This document shows positions 1-10,079 of a stretch of 50,850 nt of DNA, one piece after another (positions within the stretch are counted from its first letter, which is position 1; every line of letters begins with the position of its first letter). The DNA comes from a virus (lineage: Duplodnaviria > Caudoviricetes). The translations under genes were made by a program, and so were the position numbers. Where the stretch lies: positions 1 to 50,850 of the IMG/VR virus record IMGVR_UViG_3300037311_000073, one strand, 5' to 3'. Below the pieces are notes generated by a model that saw nothing but the letters and a program-made list of their open reading frames with translations, did no database searches and was not told the origin of the DNA.

Positions 1-128
1 GAGCCGTTCAAGCGCCTCGGGGCTACGCTGCGCGAGCGCTTCGACGCCGTGGTGCGCGGCATGCTCGATCACCGCAGCAACGCCTTCGTCGAGTCCATGA
101 ACGGCCTGATGCAACAGGCCAAGCGCTG
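1..128 (+). pseudogene. C-terminal fragment of an ISL3-family transposase, truncated
   Basis: Frame 1 reads EPFKRLGATLRERFDAVVRGMLDHRSNAFVESMNGLMQQAKR, matching the ISL3 'SNAxxExxNxxxQxxKR' segment. The expected 'AARGFRT..NFIAIAYL' continuation is absent and unrelated sequence follows. Confidence 0.75.
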
Positions 129-372
129 CGGCTGGCGCTTTGAATCGAGCCTTGGCTGGGCGGCGGCGTGGAAGGACACGCGCGGCTCCAAAGACCACGG
201 CTACAACGCAACGGTGGCGATCTCAATGCGTGGCGCATTCGTCGCCAAAACGCACCCAGAGAATCGGCCCTTCCCACCTATGATGACAGGCGTCTGAACT
301 ACTACTCAGACCCGGGTGTCGCCAGATACGACCCGTCATAGTCGCCGCCTCTCGTCCACCTCCGAGTACGGC

Positions 373-1248
373 ATGACGGCGCGCAAGAGCGGGCCGACCA
401 AGCAGACATCCAAGACGCCACGACGCCCCAAGCAGACACCGGCAGCCCCACACGCCCGCTCCGACGGGAAGGACAAGCCAGCCGGGCCCGCCCACCGCGC
501 CACAGCCTCTCGGACGTCTGCTCGACCCGCCGCCAAGAAGGCACCAAAGACGACGACCGCCGCCGCATCGCCAAGCGCGACCGGCGGCGCTGCTGCATCC
601 AGCCTGTCGCCAAACGAAGAGTTGTTCATCACCGAGTACCTGCGGAACGGCATGAATGGCACGGCTGCGTGGATCGCAGTCAACCCCGGAACGCCTCCAG
701 CACTCGCGGGCCACTACGCCTATCGCCTGGTCAAAAAAGGTCACGTCGCCAGCCGAATCGCTGCTGAGCGCGAACGTATCGCCAAGCGCCACGAGATCAC
801 CCGCGACCAACTGCTGGCCGAATTCCTGGCGATCGCATCGGCCGATCCGAACGAGCTGATGCAGATGCGCGCCGTGGCTTGCGCATCCTGCTGGGGTGGC
901 CAGGAGCGGTCGCGACAGTGGACCGAGCCCGATCCCGAGTGCCAGTCCTGCCACGGCGAAGGCAACGCCCGGCTGTGGATCGCCGACACCCGCAAGCTCT
1001 CGCCAGCCGGCCGCGCGCTGTACGCCGGCATCCACCAGACCAAGGGCGGCATCAAGGTGCTGATGCACGACAAGGTCGCGGCTCTGGTGAACGCCGGCAA
1101 GATCATCGGCGCGTTCGAGGCCGACAACAGCCAGAAGAACCTGAGCGCTGTCGACGCCGTGCGGGAATTCCTGGGTGCGATCCACAACGCTCGCCTGCCC
1201 ATCGTGCGCCAACCGGCGCCGGCCAAGCCCGAAGGCGGCAAGTCGTGA
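373..1248 (+). CDS. Terminase small subunit
   Basis: LSPNEELFITEYLRNGMNGTAAWIA HTH-like TerS segment, CxxC...CxxCxGxG zinc ribbon, 'HDKVAAL' motif; stop overlaps TerL start (GTGA). ATG 373 chosen as start. Confidence 0.9.
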   Translation: MTARKSGPTKQTSKTPRRPKQTPAAPHARSDGKDKPAGPAHRATASRTSARPAAKKAPKTTTAAASPSATGGAAASSLSPNEELFITEYLRNGMNGTAAWIAVNPGTPPALAGHYAYRLVKKGHVASRIAAERERIAKRHEITRDQLLAEFLAIASADPNELMQMRAVACASCWGGQERSRQWTEPDPECQSCHGEGNARLWIADTRKLSPAGRALYAGIHQTKGGIKVLMHDKVAALVNAGKIIGAFEADNSQKNLSAVDAVREFLGAIHNARLPIVRQPAPAKPEGGKS

Positions 1249-2921
1249 GCGACATCTCCGACGTCAGGACAGTGGCCGACATGGCGGCGGCGGCCGACGC
1301 CGGCATCGATCGGTGGTCGGATCTGGAGTGGAGGCTCGACAACGTCTACTGGATCGTCGACAAGGCGGCCAAGGCCGTGCCGTTCCGCCTCAACGGCGCC
1401 CAAAGGCGGTTCATCCGCAACCTATGGCACCGCAACCTGATCCTGAAGTGCCGCCAGCGAGGTTTCAGCACGCTGATGCAGGTGCTGCAGCTCGACCAGG
1501 CCCTCTTCAACACGAACCACACGGGCGTGGTGATCGCGGACACGCTGCTCAACGCCAGCAAGCTGTTCGGCAAGATCGAGTTCGCCTACGGACGCCTGCC
1601 CGACCTGCTGCGCCAGACCTACGAGATCGAGCGCCGCGAGTCCGGCTCCCTGCTGTCGATCAAGCACGAGACCGACACAGGCGAGCCGGCGCACAGCACC
1701 ATCAGCGTCAGCGTGAGCAGCCGAGGCGGCACGGTCCAGCTGCTGCACGTGTCCGAACTCGGCAAAATCAGTTTGAAGTTCCCGCAGCGGGCCGAGGAGA
1801 TCCGCACCGGTGCCATCCCATCGGTGCCCACGGGCGCGGATCCAGGCTGCACCGTCATCGAGAGCACCGCCGAAGGCGCTTTTGGGCTGTTCTGGGAACT
1901 CTGCGAACCAGCGATGAAGCGCTGGCATGCCAAGGAGCCCGAGACCAGCCTGGACTGGCGCCTGCACTTCTTCCCTTGGTACGAGGCCAAGGAATACGCG
2001 CTCTCCGACGAGGACACGGCCATCGTCCAGGTGCCGCCGAAGCTCAGCGCCTACTTCCGCAAGCTCGAAGCCGGGCTCCGCATCACCCTCTCGCCCAACC
2101 AGCGCGCCTGGTACGTCAAGGAGAGCGAAAGCCTCAAGGGCAAGATGAAGCAGGAGTACCCGAGCACTCCTGAGGAGGCGTTCGAGCAGGCCATCGACGG
2201 CGCCGTGCTGGGCGAGCAGATGACCTGGCTGCGAGAGAACGAACGCCTCGGCGTGGTGCCACTGGATCCAACGTACCCGGTCAACACCTTCTGGGACTTC
2301 GGCACCGGCGCGACCAACGCGATTTGGTTTCACCAGCGCATCGGCCTTCAGAACAGATGGTTCTTCTACATCAGCGGCGACATGGTCGATGGCATCAAGG
2401 GCCTGCGCTACTGGTGGCACGACGTGCTTGAGGTCCACCGCCACAAGTACCGCTACCGCTGGGGCCTGCACGTCCTGCCGCACGACGCGGACGCCGAGAT
2501 CCTGGGCGAGGTGCCGACCACCAAACGCCGCATCCTCGAGTCCCTGGGCATGGGAGCGGGCGAGGGCGGCCGAATCATCGTCGTCGCGCGGGTGCAGGAG
2601 ATCCACCAGGGCATCGAGATCATGCGCACGGCCCTGGTGCGAGGCAACCACTGGTTCGACAAGCGCCGGCCAGACACCACCAAAGGCGAGGACATGGGTG
2701 CCGGGCACGGCATCGCCTCGCTCGACGGCTATCAGTTCACATGGGACGACAGAGCCGGCGTCTGGAGCCGCGTGCCTTACCACAACTGGGCCAGCCATGG
2801 CTCGGACGCCTGGCGCCAGTACGCCCAGGCCGAGGCCGCCAACCAACTCAACTTCGCAGCAGCCGACGGCGCGCCGTCGCAGTTCGCAAAGTTCGCCAAC
2901 CGTCCACGCAGGGGCATCTGA
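1245..2921 (+). CDS. Terminase large subunit
   Basis: ILKCRQRGFST Walker A variant, LHVSELG Walker B, IESTAEG motif III, nuclease motifs WDFG and HNWASHGSDAWR; GTG start at 1245. Confidence 0.93.
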   Translation: MSDISDVRTVADMAAAADAGIDRWSDLEWRLDNVYWIVDKAAKAVPFRLNGAQRRFIRNLWHRNLILKCRQRGFSTLMQVLQLDQALFNTNHTGVVIADTLLNASKLFGKIEFAYGRLPDLLRQTYEIERRESGSLLSIKHETDTGEPAHSTISVSVSSRGGTVQLLHVSELGKISLKFPQRAEEIRTGAIPSVPTGADPGCTVIESTAEGAFGLFWELCEPAMKRWHAKEPETSLDWRLHFFPWYEAKEYALSDEDTAIVQVPPKLSAYFRKLEAGLRITLSPNQRAWYVKESESLKGKMKQEYPSTPEEAFEQAIDGAVLGEQMTWLRENERLGVVPLDPTYPVNTFWDFGTGATNAIWFHQRIGLQNRWFFYISGDMVDGIKGLRYWWHDVLEVHRHKYRYRWGLHVLPHDADAEILGEVPTTKRRILESLGMGAGEGGRIIVVARVQEIHQGIEIMRTALVRGNHWFDKRRPDTTKGEDMGAGHGIASLDGYQFTWDDRAGVWSRVPYHNWASHGSDAWRQYAQAEAANQLNFAAADGAPSQFAKFANRPRRGI

Positions 2922-3430
2922 TGCACCGATCACCAATCGCCGACTTCCACGGCCGGCCGGTCTACGTCGCCGGCGGCCGTCACGCCTTCAAGACCCAGGA
3001 GCACCGAGGCTTCGTCGTAAGCCTGGAGTGGGTCATCAGCGACACCAGGCGCAGGCAGCCGCCGTGCATGGTCATCTGGCCGGCCGGCAACGTTTTCGCA
3101 CCCAGCTCCAGCGAAAACGGCATGTGGCTCATCGGTCGACGCGCCATCAGCGAGTTCGTCGAGTTCACCAAGGACGGCAAGTGCACAGGCGGCGCGAGCG
3201 AGCACTGCGTGCGAGAGGCGCGCGAGGCGCTCCCGATTCTGGGGAAGGACATCAACGACAAGGCCGCCCTGCTCGCGCTGGTGGACTGCGTCGTGAAGTT
3301 CGCGCCCGACCTCGTGCTGATGCCTGTCACACCGCGGTGGCTCCAAGCCGCGGACGCCACGAAGCCAATGTGGGACGTGACGGCCAAGAACAAAGGCACT
3401 GGCAAGGTCATCAGCGAGGCGGAGGTCTGA
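2921..3430 (+). CDS. Hypothetical phage protein between TerL and portal
   Basis: ATG overlaps TerL stop (TGATG); fills the gap to the portal; host-like codon usage. Confidence 0.75.
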   Translation: MHRSPIADFHGRPVYVAGGRHAFKTQEHRGFVVSLEWVISDTRRRQPPCMVIWPAGNVFAPSSSENGMWLIGRRAISEFVEFTKDGKCTGGASEHCVREAREALPILGKDINDKAALLALVDCVVKFAPDLVLMPVTPRWLQAADATKPMWDVTAKNKGTGKVISEAEV

Positions 3431-3431
3431 C

Positions 3432-5762
3432 ATGGCCAAGAAGATCGAGGCGCGCGACGCCAAGTCAGCCTACGACAAGGGCCAGCGCGACAGCGGCCGA
3501 AAGAAGCCCAAGGCCGCCAACATCGCCGAATCGGGCGAGGTGCGCCGGCTGGGCGCTCCATCTGCCATGCAGCTCGCAGCATCGGCCGCGCTCGACGCCG
3601 GTCCGGAAACCAACCGCGCGAGCCGGGCCCTGGATGGCCTGATGTCCGACCAAGATCGCCACGAACAGCGCAAGGGCTGGTTCCTCACAGAAGCCCATCG
3701 CCAATCACTCAACCGCGCCCGGATGGCCAAGTGCGAGTCGTTCTACGACTCCGAGCAGTGGGCCTACGACAAGGCAGAGGAGCTGCGTGGCCGTGGGCAA
3801 CCCGTGGTCACCGTCAACGAAGTCAAGCCGGCGATCGACTGGCTGCTGGGCACCGAGCGCCGCATGCGCGTGGACTTCACCGTCGTGCCAGACCTCTCGC
3901 ACCAGGACGACAGCTACGAAGCAGCCGAAGACGACGCCCAGGTCAAGACCAAGCTGCTCAAGTACCTCGACGACACCAACAAGAGCACGTTCGAGAGATC
4001 GTGGGCGTCCGAAGACCAGCTCAAGGCCGGCATCGGCTGGATCGAGGTGGCCCTGCGCGGTGACCGCACGGGCGTGCCCATCTACGTCGGCTGCGAATCG
4101 TGGCGCAACATCCTGTGGGATTCTCAGGCCCAGAAGCGCGACCTCAGCGACGCACGCTACCTGTTCCGCATCAAGGTCGTAGACCTGGACGTGGCGCTTG
4201 CCTGCTTCCCGGACAAGGCCGCTCAGATCGAGCGCTGCGTACAGACCGGCGATCAGCTCACGGTCTTCAGCGAGTGGATGGGTGGCATGGGAGCCAGCAT
4301 CCAGGGCCTGGACGCCTTTGCCGGGCTCGAAGACCCGCTGGACTACGTCACCAACAAGCCGGTGGACCTGTTCAACAGCCGCAAGCGCGTGCTGCTGCTG
4401 GAGTGCTGGAGTCGCGAACCGGTGCAACGCAGGCCGGCCGTCATCGGCCTGGCGGACCCGGTGCAGTTCCGGATCCGGCTGTCGATCATGACCGAGCACG
4501 ACACGCTGCTGGAGGGCTGGAGCCCTTACCGGCACGACCGCCTCCCCTTCATCCCGATCTGGGGCTACCGGAACCGCCGAACCGGCCTGCCGTACAGCCC
4601 AATCTGGCCGCTGATCGGTGCGCAGGAGCTGCTGAACACCCGCATGAGCCGGGCAGCTTTCGAGGCCGCCAGCAACCAGATCGAGCTTGAGGTGGGCGCC
4701 GTGGACGAAACGGCGATGGACATCGACCAGATCCGCGCCGAGTACAACGACCCGAACGGGATGCCGGTCTTCGCGCACGGTGCCCTGTCGGCCGGCAAGG
4801 TCCGCCGTCAGACGGACCAGCAAGCCCGGATGACTGAGCAACTGCTGCTGGCCGACCGAGAAAGCACGTTTCTCCGGTCCATGTCCGGCGTCAACGCCGA
4901 CAACCGCGGTGAGCGCAGCAACGTCACCAGCGGGCGCGCGGTGCTGGCCAAGCAGGAACAGGGCTCGCTGCTGACCGCTGAACTCTTCGACAACCAGTTC
5001 TTCGGTCGAGCGTTGGAAGGCGAGATCACGCTCAGCCTCGTCGAACAGGCCATGCTGGCGCCGCGGGCATTCAAGGAACCGGGGGCACCGGCCGGCGAGG
5101 TCACGCGCATCAACGTGCCGCAGGAAGACGGTTCGTACCTCAACGACATCAGCGCGCGTCGGGCCAAGTTCGCTCTCGGCGAGCAGGCGTGGAAGCAGAC
5201 CTACGCCGAAGCCGCCTTCGAGTCGCTGTTCGAAGTGCTCACGCAGCTCGCAAGCGCCGCTCCACAGGTCGTGGTGAACCTCCTCGACCTCGTTTTCGAC
5301 ATGCATCCCAACCTGCCGCGCAAGCGGGCCGTGGTGAACCGGATGCGCCAGCTCAACAAGCAGACCGATCCGGACGGCAAGATCACGCCCGAGCAGCAGG
5401 CCGAGCAGGAGCAGGCGAAGAAGGTCGCTCAGCAGCAGTTCGAGCTCCAGATGGCCCAACTGATCGCCCAAGTTGAGGAGGCGCGGGCCAAGGGAACCAA
5501 GCTCAACACCGAGGCCATGGCCAACCGCCTGAAGGCTGTGCGAGACGCGGCCGAAGCTGCGTCGATGCTGGCGTCGGTCCCTGAGCTCGCTCCGATCACC
5601 GATTCGCTGCTGAAGAGCAGCGGATTCGACGACCAGGAACTCGCCGCGCAACAGGCCGCTGCTGCGGCCACGCCAGCGCCCGTAGGCGCCGACCCGATGC
5701 CGACGCAACCTGAGCCAATTCCACAGGCGCCCACCGGCGCCGACACCATCGCCGCGGTGTGA
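3432..5762 (+). CDS. Portal protein (P22/Bcep22-like)
   Basis: 776 aa; FYDSEQW...LRGRGQP...NEVKPAIDW, GIGWIEV, PFIPIWGYR, SGRAVLAKQEQG motifs and a Q-rich C-terminal coiled coil. Confidence 0.92.
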   Translation: MAKKIEARDAKSAYDKGQRDSGRKKPKAANIAESGEVRRLGAPSAMQLAASAALDAGPETNRASRALDGLMSDQDRHEQRKGWFLTEAHRQSLNRARMAKCESFYDSEQWAYDKAEELRGRGQPVVTVNEVKPAIDWLLGTERRMRVDFTVVPDLSHQDDSYEAAEDDAQVKTKLLKYLDDTNKSTFERSWASEDQLKAGIGWIEVALRGDRTGVPIYVGCESWRNILWDSQAQKRDLSDARYLFRIKVVDLDVALACFPDKAAQIERCVQTGDQLTVFSEWMGGMGASIQGLDAFAGLEDPLDYVTNKPVDLFNSRKRVLLLECWSREPVQRRPAVIGLADPVQFRIRLSIMTEHDTLLEGWSPYRHDRLPFIPIWGYRNRRTGLPYSPIWPLIGAQELLNTRMSRAAFEAASNQIELEVGAVDETAMDIDQIRAEYNDPNGMPVFAHGALSAGKVRRQTDQQARMTEQLLLADRESTFLRSMSGVNADNRGERSNVTSGRAVLAKQEQGSLLTAELFDNQFFGRALEGEITLSLVEQAMLAPRAFKEPGAPAGEVTRINVPQEDGSYLNDISARRAKFALGEQAWKQTYAEAAFESLFEVLTQLASAAPQVVVNLLDLVFDMHPNLPRKRAVVNRMRQLNKQTDPDGKITPEQQAEQEQAKKVAQQQFELQMAQLIAQVEEARAKGTKLNTEAMANRLKAVRDAAEAASMLASVPELAPITDSLLKSSGFDDQELAAQQAAAAATPAPVGADPMPTQPEPIPQAPTGADTIAAV

Positions 5763-5792
5763 CGCGGCATCGCCTTGCAGGAGCAAGACAGC

Positions 5793-6809
5793 ATGAAGGC
5801 ACGAAACGAATCCACAGCCGGACAACCTGCCATCACCGGCAGCTTCGAGAATGCGGCCGACCGCGCCGTTCTGGACCAGATTGCGGCGGCCCAGGCCGCT
5901 GGCCAGGATCCTTTCGGCGACGGCGACGGCGACGGCGACAACGACAACGATGACGGCGCCGGCGGCGCCGAACTGATCGGCGAAGGCTCTGGCACCACCT
6001 CGGAAGGTGGCAACCAGAACGGCGGCGCCGAAGAAGGTGGCGATGGCGTCGACGAACTCAAGGACGGCGGCGGCGGCGAGGCGGGCCCGCCAGCGACCGC
6101 CGCTCCGGCCGTGCAGGGCGAAGCACCGGCCGCACCCGCGCCACAGCCCCCCGCACAGCCTGTCCAGGCCGTGCAGCCGCTCCAGTTCCGCACGCGCTCG
6201 CTCAACGATCTCGAGGCTGCGCAAACCACGGTGGCCACCAAGCGCGCCGAAGCCTGGAAGGCGTACAGCGAAGGCACGATGACGCCCGAGGAGTACGCCG
6301 CGATCGACACGTCGACGCTCGCCGAGCTCATGAACATCAGCAGCGAGCGCACGCTGCTGCAAGCCAGCATTCAGTCGGCCCAGAATGCGGCTCAGTCCGC
6401 GCTCGATGCCGTGAAGATCGACGCCAAGAAGCCCGAGAACGGCGGCATCGACTACGACGCCGACCCGACCGCAGCAAGCGAGTTCGACGCAGCCGTCGAC
6501 CTGCTGGTGAAGTCTCCGAAGTGGGCCAAGCAGCCCGACTCTGCCATCTACGCTCACGCCCACAAGACCGTTCTGTTCGCCCGCGGCATCACGCCCACCC
6601 AAACGGCCAACGAAAGCGGCAACGGCGGAAAGCCGAAGGCTCGGGAAGACCTCACCGGGCCGATCACGTTGCGGACGCTGCCGTCGGCATCGAATGCCAA
6701 CGCCAACGGCGGCATCAACGACCAACTGTCGCGCCTAAAGGGCCAAGACTTTCAGGAAGCGATCGGCAACATGCCGCGCGCGCAACGAGACGCCTACCTC
6801 GACTCGTGA
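5793..6809 (+). CDS. Probable scaffolding protein
   Basis: Acidic low-complexity N-terminus with helical core; lies between portal and capsid; AGGAG RBS at 5779-5783. Confidence 0.65.
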   Translation: MKARNESTAGQPAITGSFENAADRAVLDQIAAAQAAGQDPFGDGDGDGDNDNDDGAGGAELIGEGSGTTSEGGNQNGGAEEGGDGVDELKDGGGGEAGPPATAAPAVQGEAPAAPAPQPPAQPVQAVQPLQFRTRSLNDLEAAQTTVATKRAEAWKAYSEGTMTPEEYAAIDTSTLAELMNISSERTLLQASIQSAQNAAQSALDAVKIDAKKPENGGIDYDADPTAASEFDAAVDLLVKSPKWAKQPDSAIYAHAHKTVLFARGITPTQTANESGNGGKPKAREDLTGPITLRTLPSASNANANGGINDQLSRLKGQDFQEAIGNMPRAQRDAYLDS

Positions 6810-7033
6810 CCACCCGCGAGCGCATCGACGTGCAGGCCGCCCTGGCGGCGGCATCGGCGCCTCCGCCCGACCGTCGTCGGCGCATGGCGGTGAACCTGCA
6901 CGTCGGTGAGGCAGTCGTCATGACCGCGTCTGGAACCGTCATCAGCGTGCAGTTCGAACGGCGCCACGGAGCTGCGGCCAGGCTCATCGTTCGCGCCGGC
7001 GACGAGGTGGCCATCACGCTCCCGGAGCGCTAA
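6806..7033 (+). CDS. CsrA/RsmA-like small protein
   Basis: GTGA-coupled 75-aa ORF; RMAVNLHVGEAVVM..ISVQFERRHGAAARLIVRAGDEVAI follows the CsrA pattern [36 protein letters not shown]. Confidence 0.6.
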   Translation: MTTRERIDVQAALAAASAPPPDRRRRMAVNLHVGEAVVMTASGTVISVQFERRHGAAARLIVRAGDEVAITLPER

Positions 7034-7166
7034 ACAGGGCGTTTCCTGCGCCGAGTGCGCATCGGTTTCTCGGTTCGAAACTGCCTCCATACAGTCGCTG
7101 CGTCCGATACCTGGGTTTTCACCCGCTGGCGCAAGAGTGCCTTGATCAACTCCACCTGGAGCAGTC

Positions 7167-8279
7167 ATGGCACGCACCACGATCCTTCCGAACGACCCCA
7201 ACAAGCGCCGCGCCTGGTCGGCGGCCGTTGCCGAGGACTCGGTCAAGGAGATGTATTTCAGCCGTCTGATCGGCCCCGAGGGCTCGGCCAGCGCGATCAT
7301 CAAGAAGACCGACACCGAGAAGGGCGTCGCCGACGAGGTGACGACCGCGCTCGTGGCCAAGTTCCGCGGCGCTCCGGTGATCGAGGGCCAGAAGCTGGCC
7401 GGCTCGGAGTTCCGCCTCCAGCACTCCTCGCACACGATGCGCATCAACGAGTTCCGCCAGGGCGTGAACGTCGGTGCGCGCATCGAGCAGTCCCGGGTCG
7501 GCTTCAACCTGAAGCGCCAGGGCCGCGAGAAGCTCACCGAGTACCTGAAGGAGATGCAGGAAGAAGTCATCTGCATGGCCGTGAGCGGTGCGCGCGGCAC
7601 GGGCGACGAGATCCAGCACTTCCCGACCACCTACGCAGGCTACCCGAACGCGCTGCGCGCTCCCGACGCCCAGCACAGCTTCATCGGCCCGGAGAACCAG
7701 CGCGCCAAGAACACGCTGCTCACCACCGACCTGGCCACGCTCAAGACGATCAACCGTCTGCGCACGAAGGCCAAGAAGATGCTGGGCGGCGTGCCCGACA
7801 AGGCCGTGAAGATGACCCCGCTGCGCAAGGGCGGCCGGGCGATCTTCTGCTTCTCGGTTGCGCCCGAGGTGATGCAGGACATCCGCGACGACAGCGGTGC
7901 CCAGGGGTGGTTCGAAGCGCAGAAGGCACTGACGACCGCCATCGGTCGCGAATCCGAGCTCTTCAAGGGCGGCGCCGGCATGTTCAACGGCGTGCTGGTG
8001 GACGAGATGGAGACGTGCGTCAAGTTTTCCGACTACGGCGCGGGAGCCAACATCCCCGCGGCGCGCTCGCTCTTCATGGGCGCCGACGCGGGGGCCATCG
8101 CCTACGGCACGAAGGGCATGGACGAAGGCATGACGGTGTCCCTCGACGAGGACACCGACGACCGCAAGCACGACCACATCCTGTTCTTCGAGATGATCAT
8201 GGGCGCCGACAAGTGCGCCTTCGCCGGCATGGACTACGGCGTGATCTCGGTCGACACGGCGTTCACGGCCGCGGTGTGA
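7167..8279 (+). CDS. Major capsid protein, N4-gp56 (DUF4043) family
   Basis: 370 aa; ARTTILPNDP..RAWSAAVA, FNLKRQGREKL, ELFKGGAGMFNGVLV, ARSLFMGADAG, DYGVISVDTA. Confidence 0.92.
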   Translation: MARTTILPNDPNKRRAWSAAVAEDSVKEMYFSRLIGPEGSASAIIKKTDTEKGVADEVTTALVAKFRGAPVIEGQKLAGSEFRLQHSSHTMRINEFRQGVNVGARIEQSRVGFNLKRQGREKLTEYLKEMQEEVICMAVSGARGTGDEIQHFPTTYAGYPNALRAPDAQHSFIGPENQRAKNTLLTTDLATLKTINRLRTKAKKMLGGVPDKAVKMTPLRKGGRAIFCFSVAPEVMQDIRDDSGAQGWFEAQKALTTAIGRESELFKGGAGMFNGVLVDEMETCVKFSDYGAGANIPAARSLFMGADAGAIAYGTKGMDEGMTVSLDEDTDDRKHDHILFFEMIMGADKCAFAGMDYGVISVDTAFTAAV

Positions 8280-8307
8280 ACCAAGCAGCAAGCCAAGGAG
8301 AAGCACC

Positions 8308-8811
8308 ATGACCGCACTTCGCAAGGGCATCCAGATCCTCCACCGCGTCCCGGCACTTTCTGCCGATCGCGCCGGCGGCGGCTACACCATCGTCGGCGAC
8401 CACATCACCGTGGCCGGCCAGATGGCGCTGAACAACGTCATCGAACTGTGCGCGCTGCCGGCCGGCATGATCGTGAGCCGCTTCACGCTGGTGGCCGAAG
8501 ACCTGGACAGCAACGTTTCTCCGACCATCACGCTCGACGCCGGCATCCTGGACGGCCAGTACCTCGCCGACCTGAACGACGTGGGCGCGTTGCGCACCTG
8601 TGGCGCGCAGTTCTTGGCTGCTTCCACCGTCGGCCAGGCCGGCGGTGTCGCCGTGTCCGCGGTGGCCGCAGGGCACCTGCTGGCACCGTCGTTCAGCGAT
8701 CGCAGCATCGGCCTGAAGGTCGCGGCGGCACCCGCGACGCTGGTGGTCGGCGCGCGCATCCGCGCCTACGTCGAAGTCGTCCCGGCGCCGCCGGGCGTCG
8801 CGTTCGTCTGA
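8308..8811 (+). CDS. Virion structural protein (capsid decoration-like)
   Basis: Beta-rich 167 aa directly after capsid gene; AAGGAG RBS; 'IELCALPAG...DLDSN..PTITLDAG' pattern. Confidence 0.65.
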   Translation: MTALRKGIQILHRVPALSADRAGGGYTIVGDHITVAGQMALNNVIELCALPAGMIVSRFTLVAEDLDSNVSPTITLDAGILDGQYLADLNDVGALRTCGAQFLAASTVGQAGGVAVSAVAAGHLLAPSFSDRSIGLKVAAAPATLVVGARIRAYVEVVPAPPGVAFV

Positions 8812-8834
8812 CCGGCAAGCCTGGGCACGAGGCA

Positions 8835-9287
8835 ATGGGCACGCGAGGGCCGAAGCCTGGCTGGAAGAAGCAGCGGCAGCAAGGCGCCGCCGCTGCGCCT
8901 TCTGCTGCGCCGCCGGCCGACGCCGACACGCCCGATCCGCAGCAAAAGCCCGAAGCGATCGCAGCGGAGACGCCTGCACAGGCGACCGCCGACGCCATCG
9001 TCAACATGGCGCCGCCGCTTGTGGCGGACACGCCCGTTTCAGATCCGGTCGCCCAGCCGGTGACGACCGAGCAACAGCCGGCGGCCGCCGCCCCAGCACG
9101 CAAGCTCACGGCAGCCGAGGCCGCCAACCCGGCGTACCTGACCGGCGACGACCTCCGGGCCCTGGCTTACCGCCGCGGCATGTCGAAGTCGGAGATGACC
9201 GGCATGTCCGACGAGCGAGTGCGCGAGCAGCTCAAGTACCTGACGTACCGACGGCACGAGGAAGAGCAAGCGCTGGCGGAGGCCTGA
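8835..9287 (+). CDS. Hypothetical protein, Ala/Pro-rich with C-terminal HeH/Rho_N-like helical motif
   Basis: Ends YLTGDDLRALAYRRGMSKSEMTGMSDERVREQL; abuts next gene. Confidence 0.6.
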   Translation: MGTRGPKPGWKKQRQQGAAAAPSAAPPADADTPDPQQKPEAIAAETPAQATADAIVNMAPPLVADTPVSDPVAQPVTTEQQPAAAAPARKLTAAEAANPAYLTGDDLRALAYRRGMSKSEMTGMSDERVREQLKYLTYRRHEEEQALAEA

Positions 9288-10079
9288 ATGCCCGGCACCA
9301 TCCTTGTCCGGGAGGCGCTGCGCAGGGTCTCGGTCCTGCTGATGGACATCGACCCGCAGTTCACGAAGCACCCCGAGTCGGAACTCGTGGACTTCTTGAA
9401 CGACGGTGCGCTCTCGATCATCACGTACCTGCCCACGGCGAACGCCCGTGTCGATTCGCTGCGCCTGCGGCCGGGCGTGCTTCAGGGCCTGGAGTCGGTC
9501 GCCACGACCCATTTGAAGCAGGAGGACGGCTCGGACCCGTCAGAAGCCGTCCGCGGTGTCTCGCTGCAGGCCGTGCTCGCCAACATGGGCGCTGACGGGC
9601 TTACGCCTGGCCGAGCGGTCCGCCTGCTTGACCGCCGCGAGCTGGACACCGCGGAACCGCTGTGGATGGCCGCCACGCCTGCCACGGCGATCAAGGGTTA
9701 CGTCTACGACCCCCTGCGGCCTTTGCACTTCGAAGTCACGCCACCCGTGCACGCTTCCACGCAGGTCTGGGCGCGCATCGCTTGGTCAGCACAGCCGGCG
9801 CGGCTGCCTGCCGGAGCACCTGGATCCGAACTCTACCCAGCCGGTGGAAGCGGCGGCGCCGTGATTCCGCTGCGCGACGAGTTCTGCGAGCCCCTGGTGA
9901 ACTACATCGTTGCTCGAGCGGTGATGAAAGAGTCGGAGTGGGCCGACGCCGAGAAGGCCGCGGTCTTCGGCAACCTGTTCCTGAGCTGGCTCAACGCCAA
10001 GGTCAAGATCACCACCGGCACGAGCCCGAATCTCAAGCGGCTGCCGTTCTCGCCCGAGCCGATCGGAGCTGCATCGTGA
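9288..10079 (+). CDS. Head-tail adaptor-like virion protein (DUF6682-like)
   Basis: ESELVDFLNDG, LDRRELD..EPLW, YVYDPLRP..FEVTPP, LVNYIVARA motifs of podophage adaptors. Confidence 0.75.
   Translation: MPGTILVREALRRVSVLLMDIDPQFTKHPESELVDFLNDGALSIITYLPTANARVDSLRLRPGVLQGLESVATTHLKQEDGSDPSEAVRGVSLQAVLANMGADGLTPGRAVRLLDRRELDTAEPLWMAATPATAIKGYVYDPLRPLHFEVTPPVHASTQVWARIAWSAQPARLPAGAPGSELYPAGGSGGAVIPLRDEFCEPLVNYIVARAVMKESEWADAEKAAVFGNLFLSWLNAKVKITTGTSPNLKRLPFSPEPIGAAS

Noticed and set aside
341-350. GTCGCCGCCT repeated at 20041 as a possible late-promoter motif
   Set aside because: A 10-bp GC-rich match is plausible by chance and the flanks do not align.
5915-5955. GGCGAC/AACGAC short tandem repeat; also Pro-Ala repeats near 26625-26670
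   Set aside because: In-frame low-complexity linker coding with no sign of phase variation.
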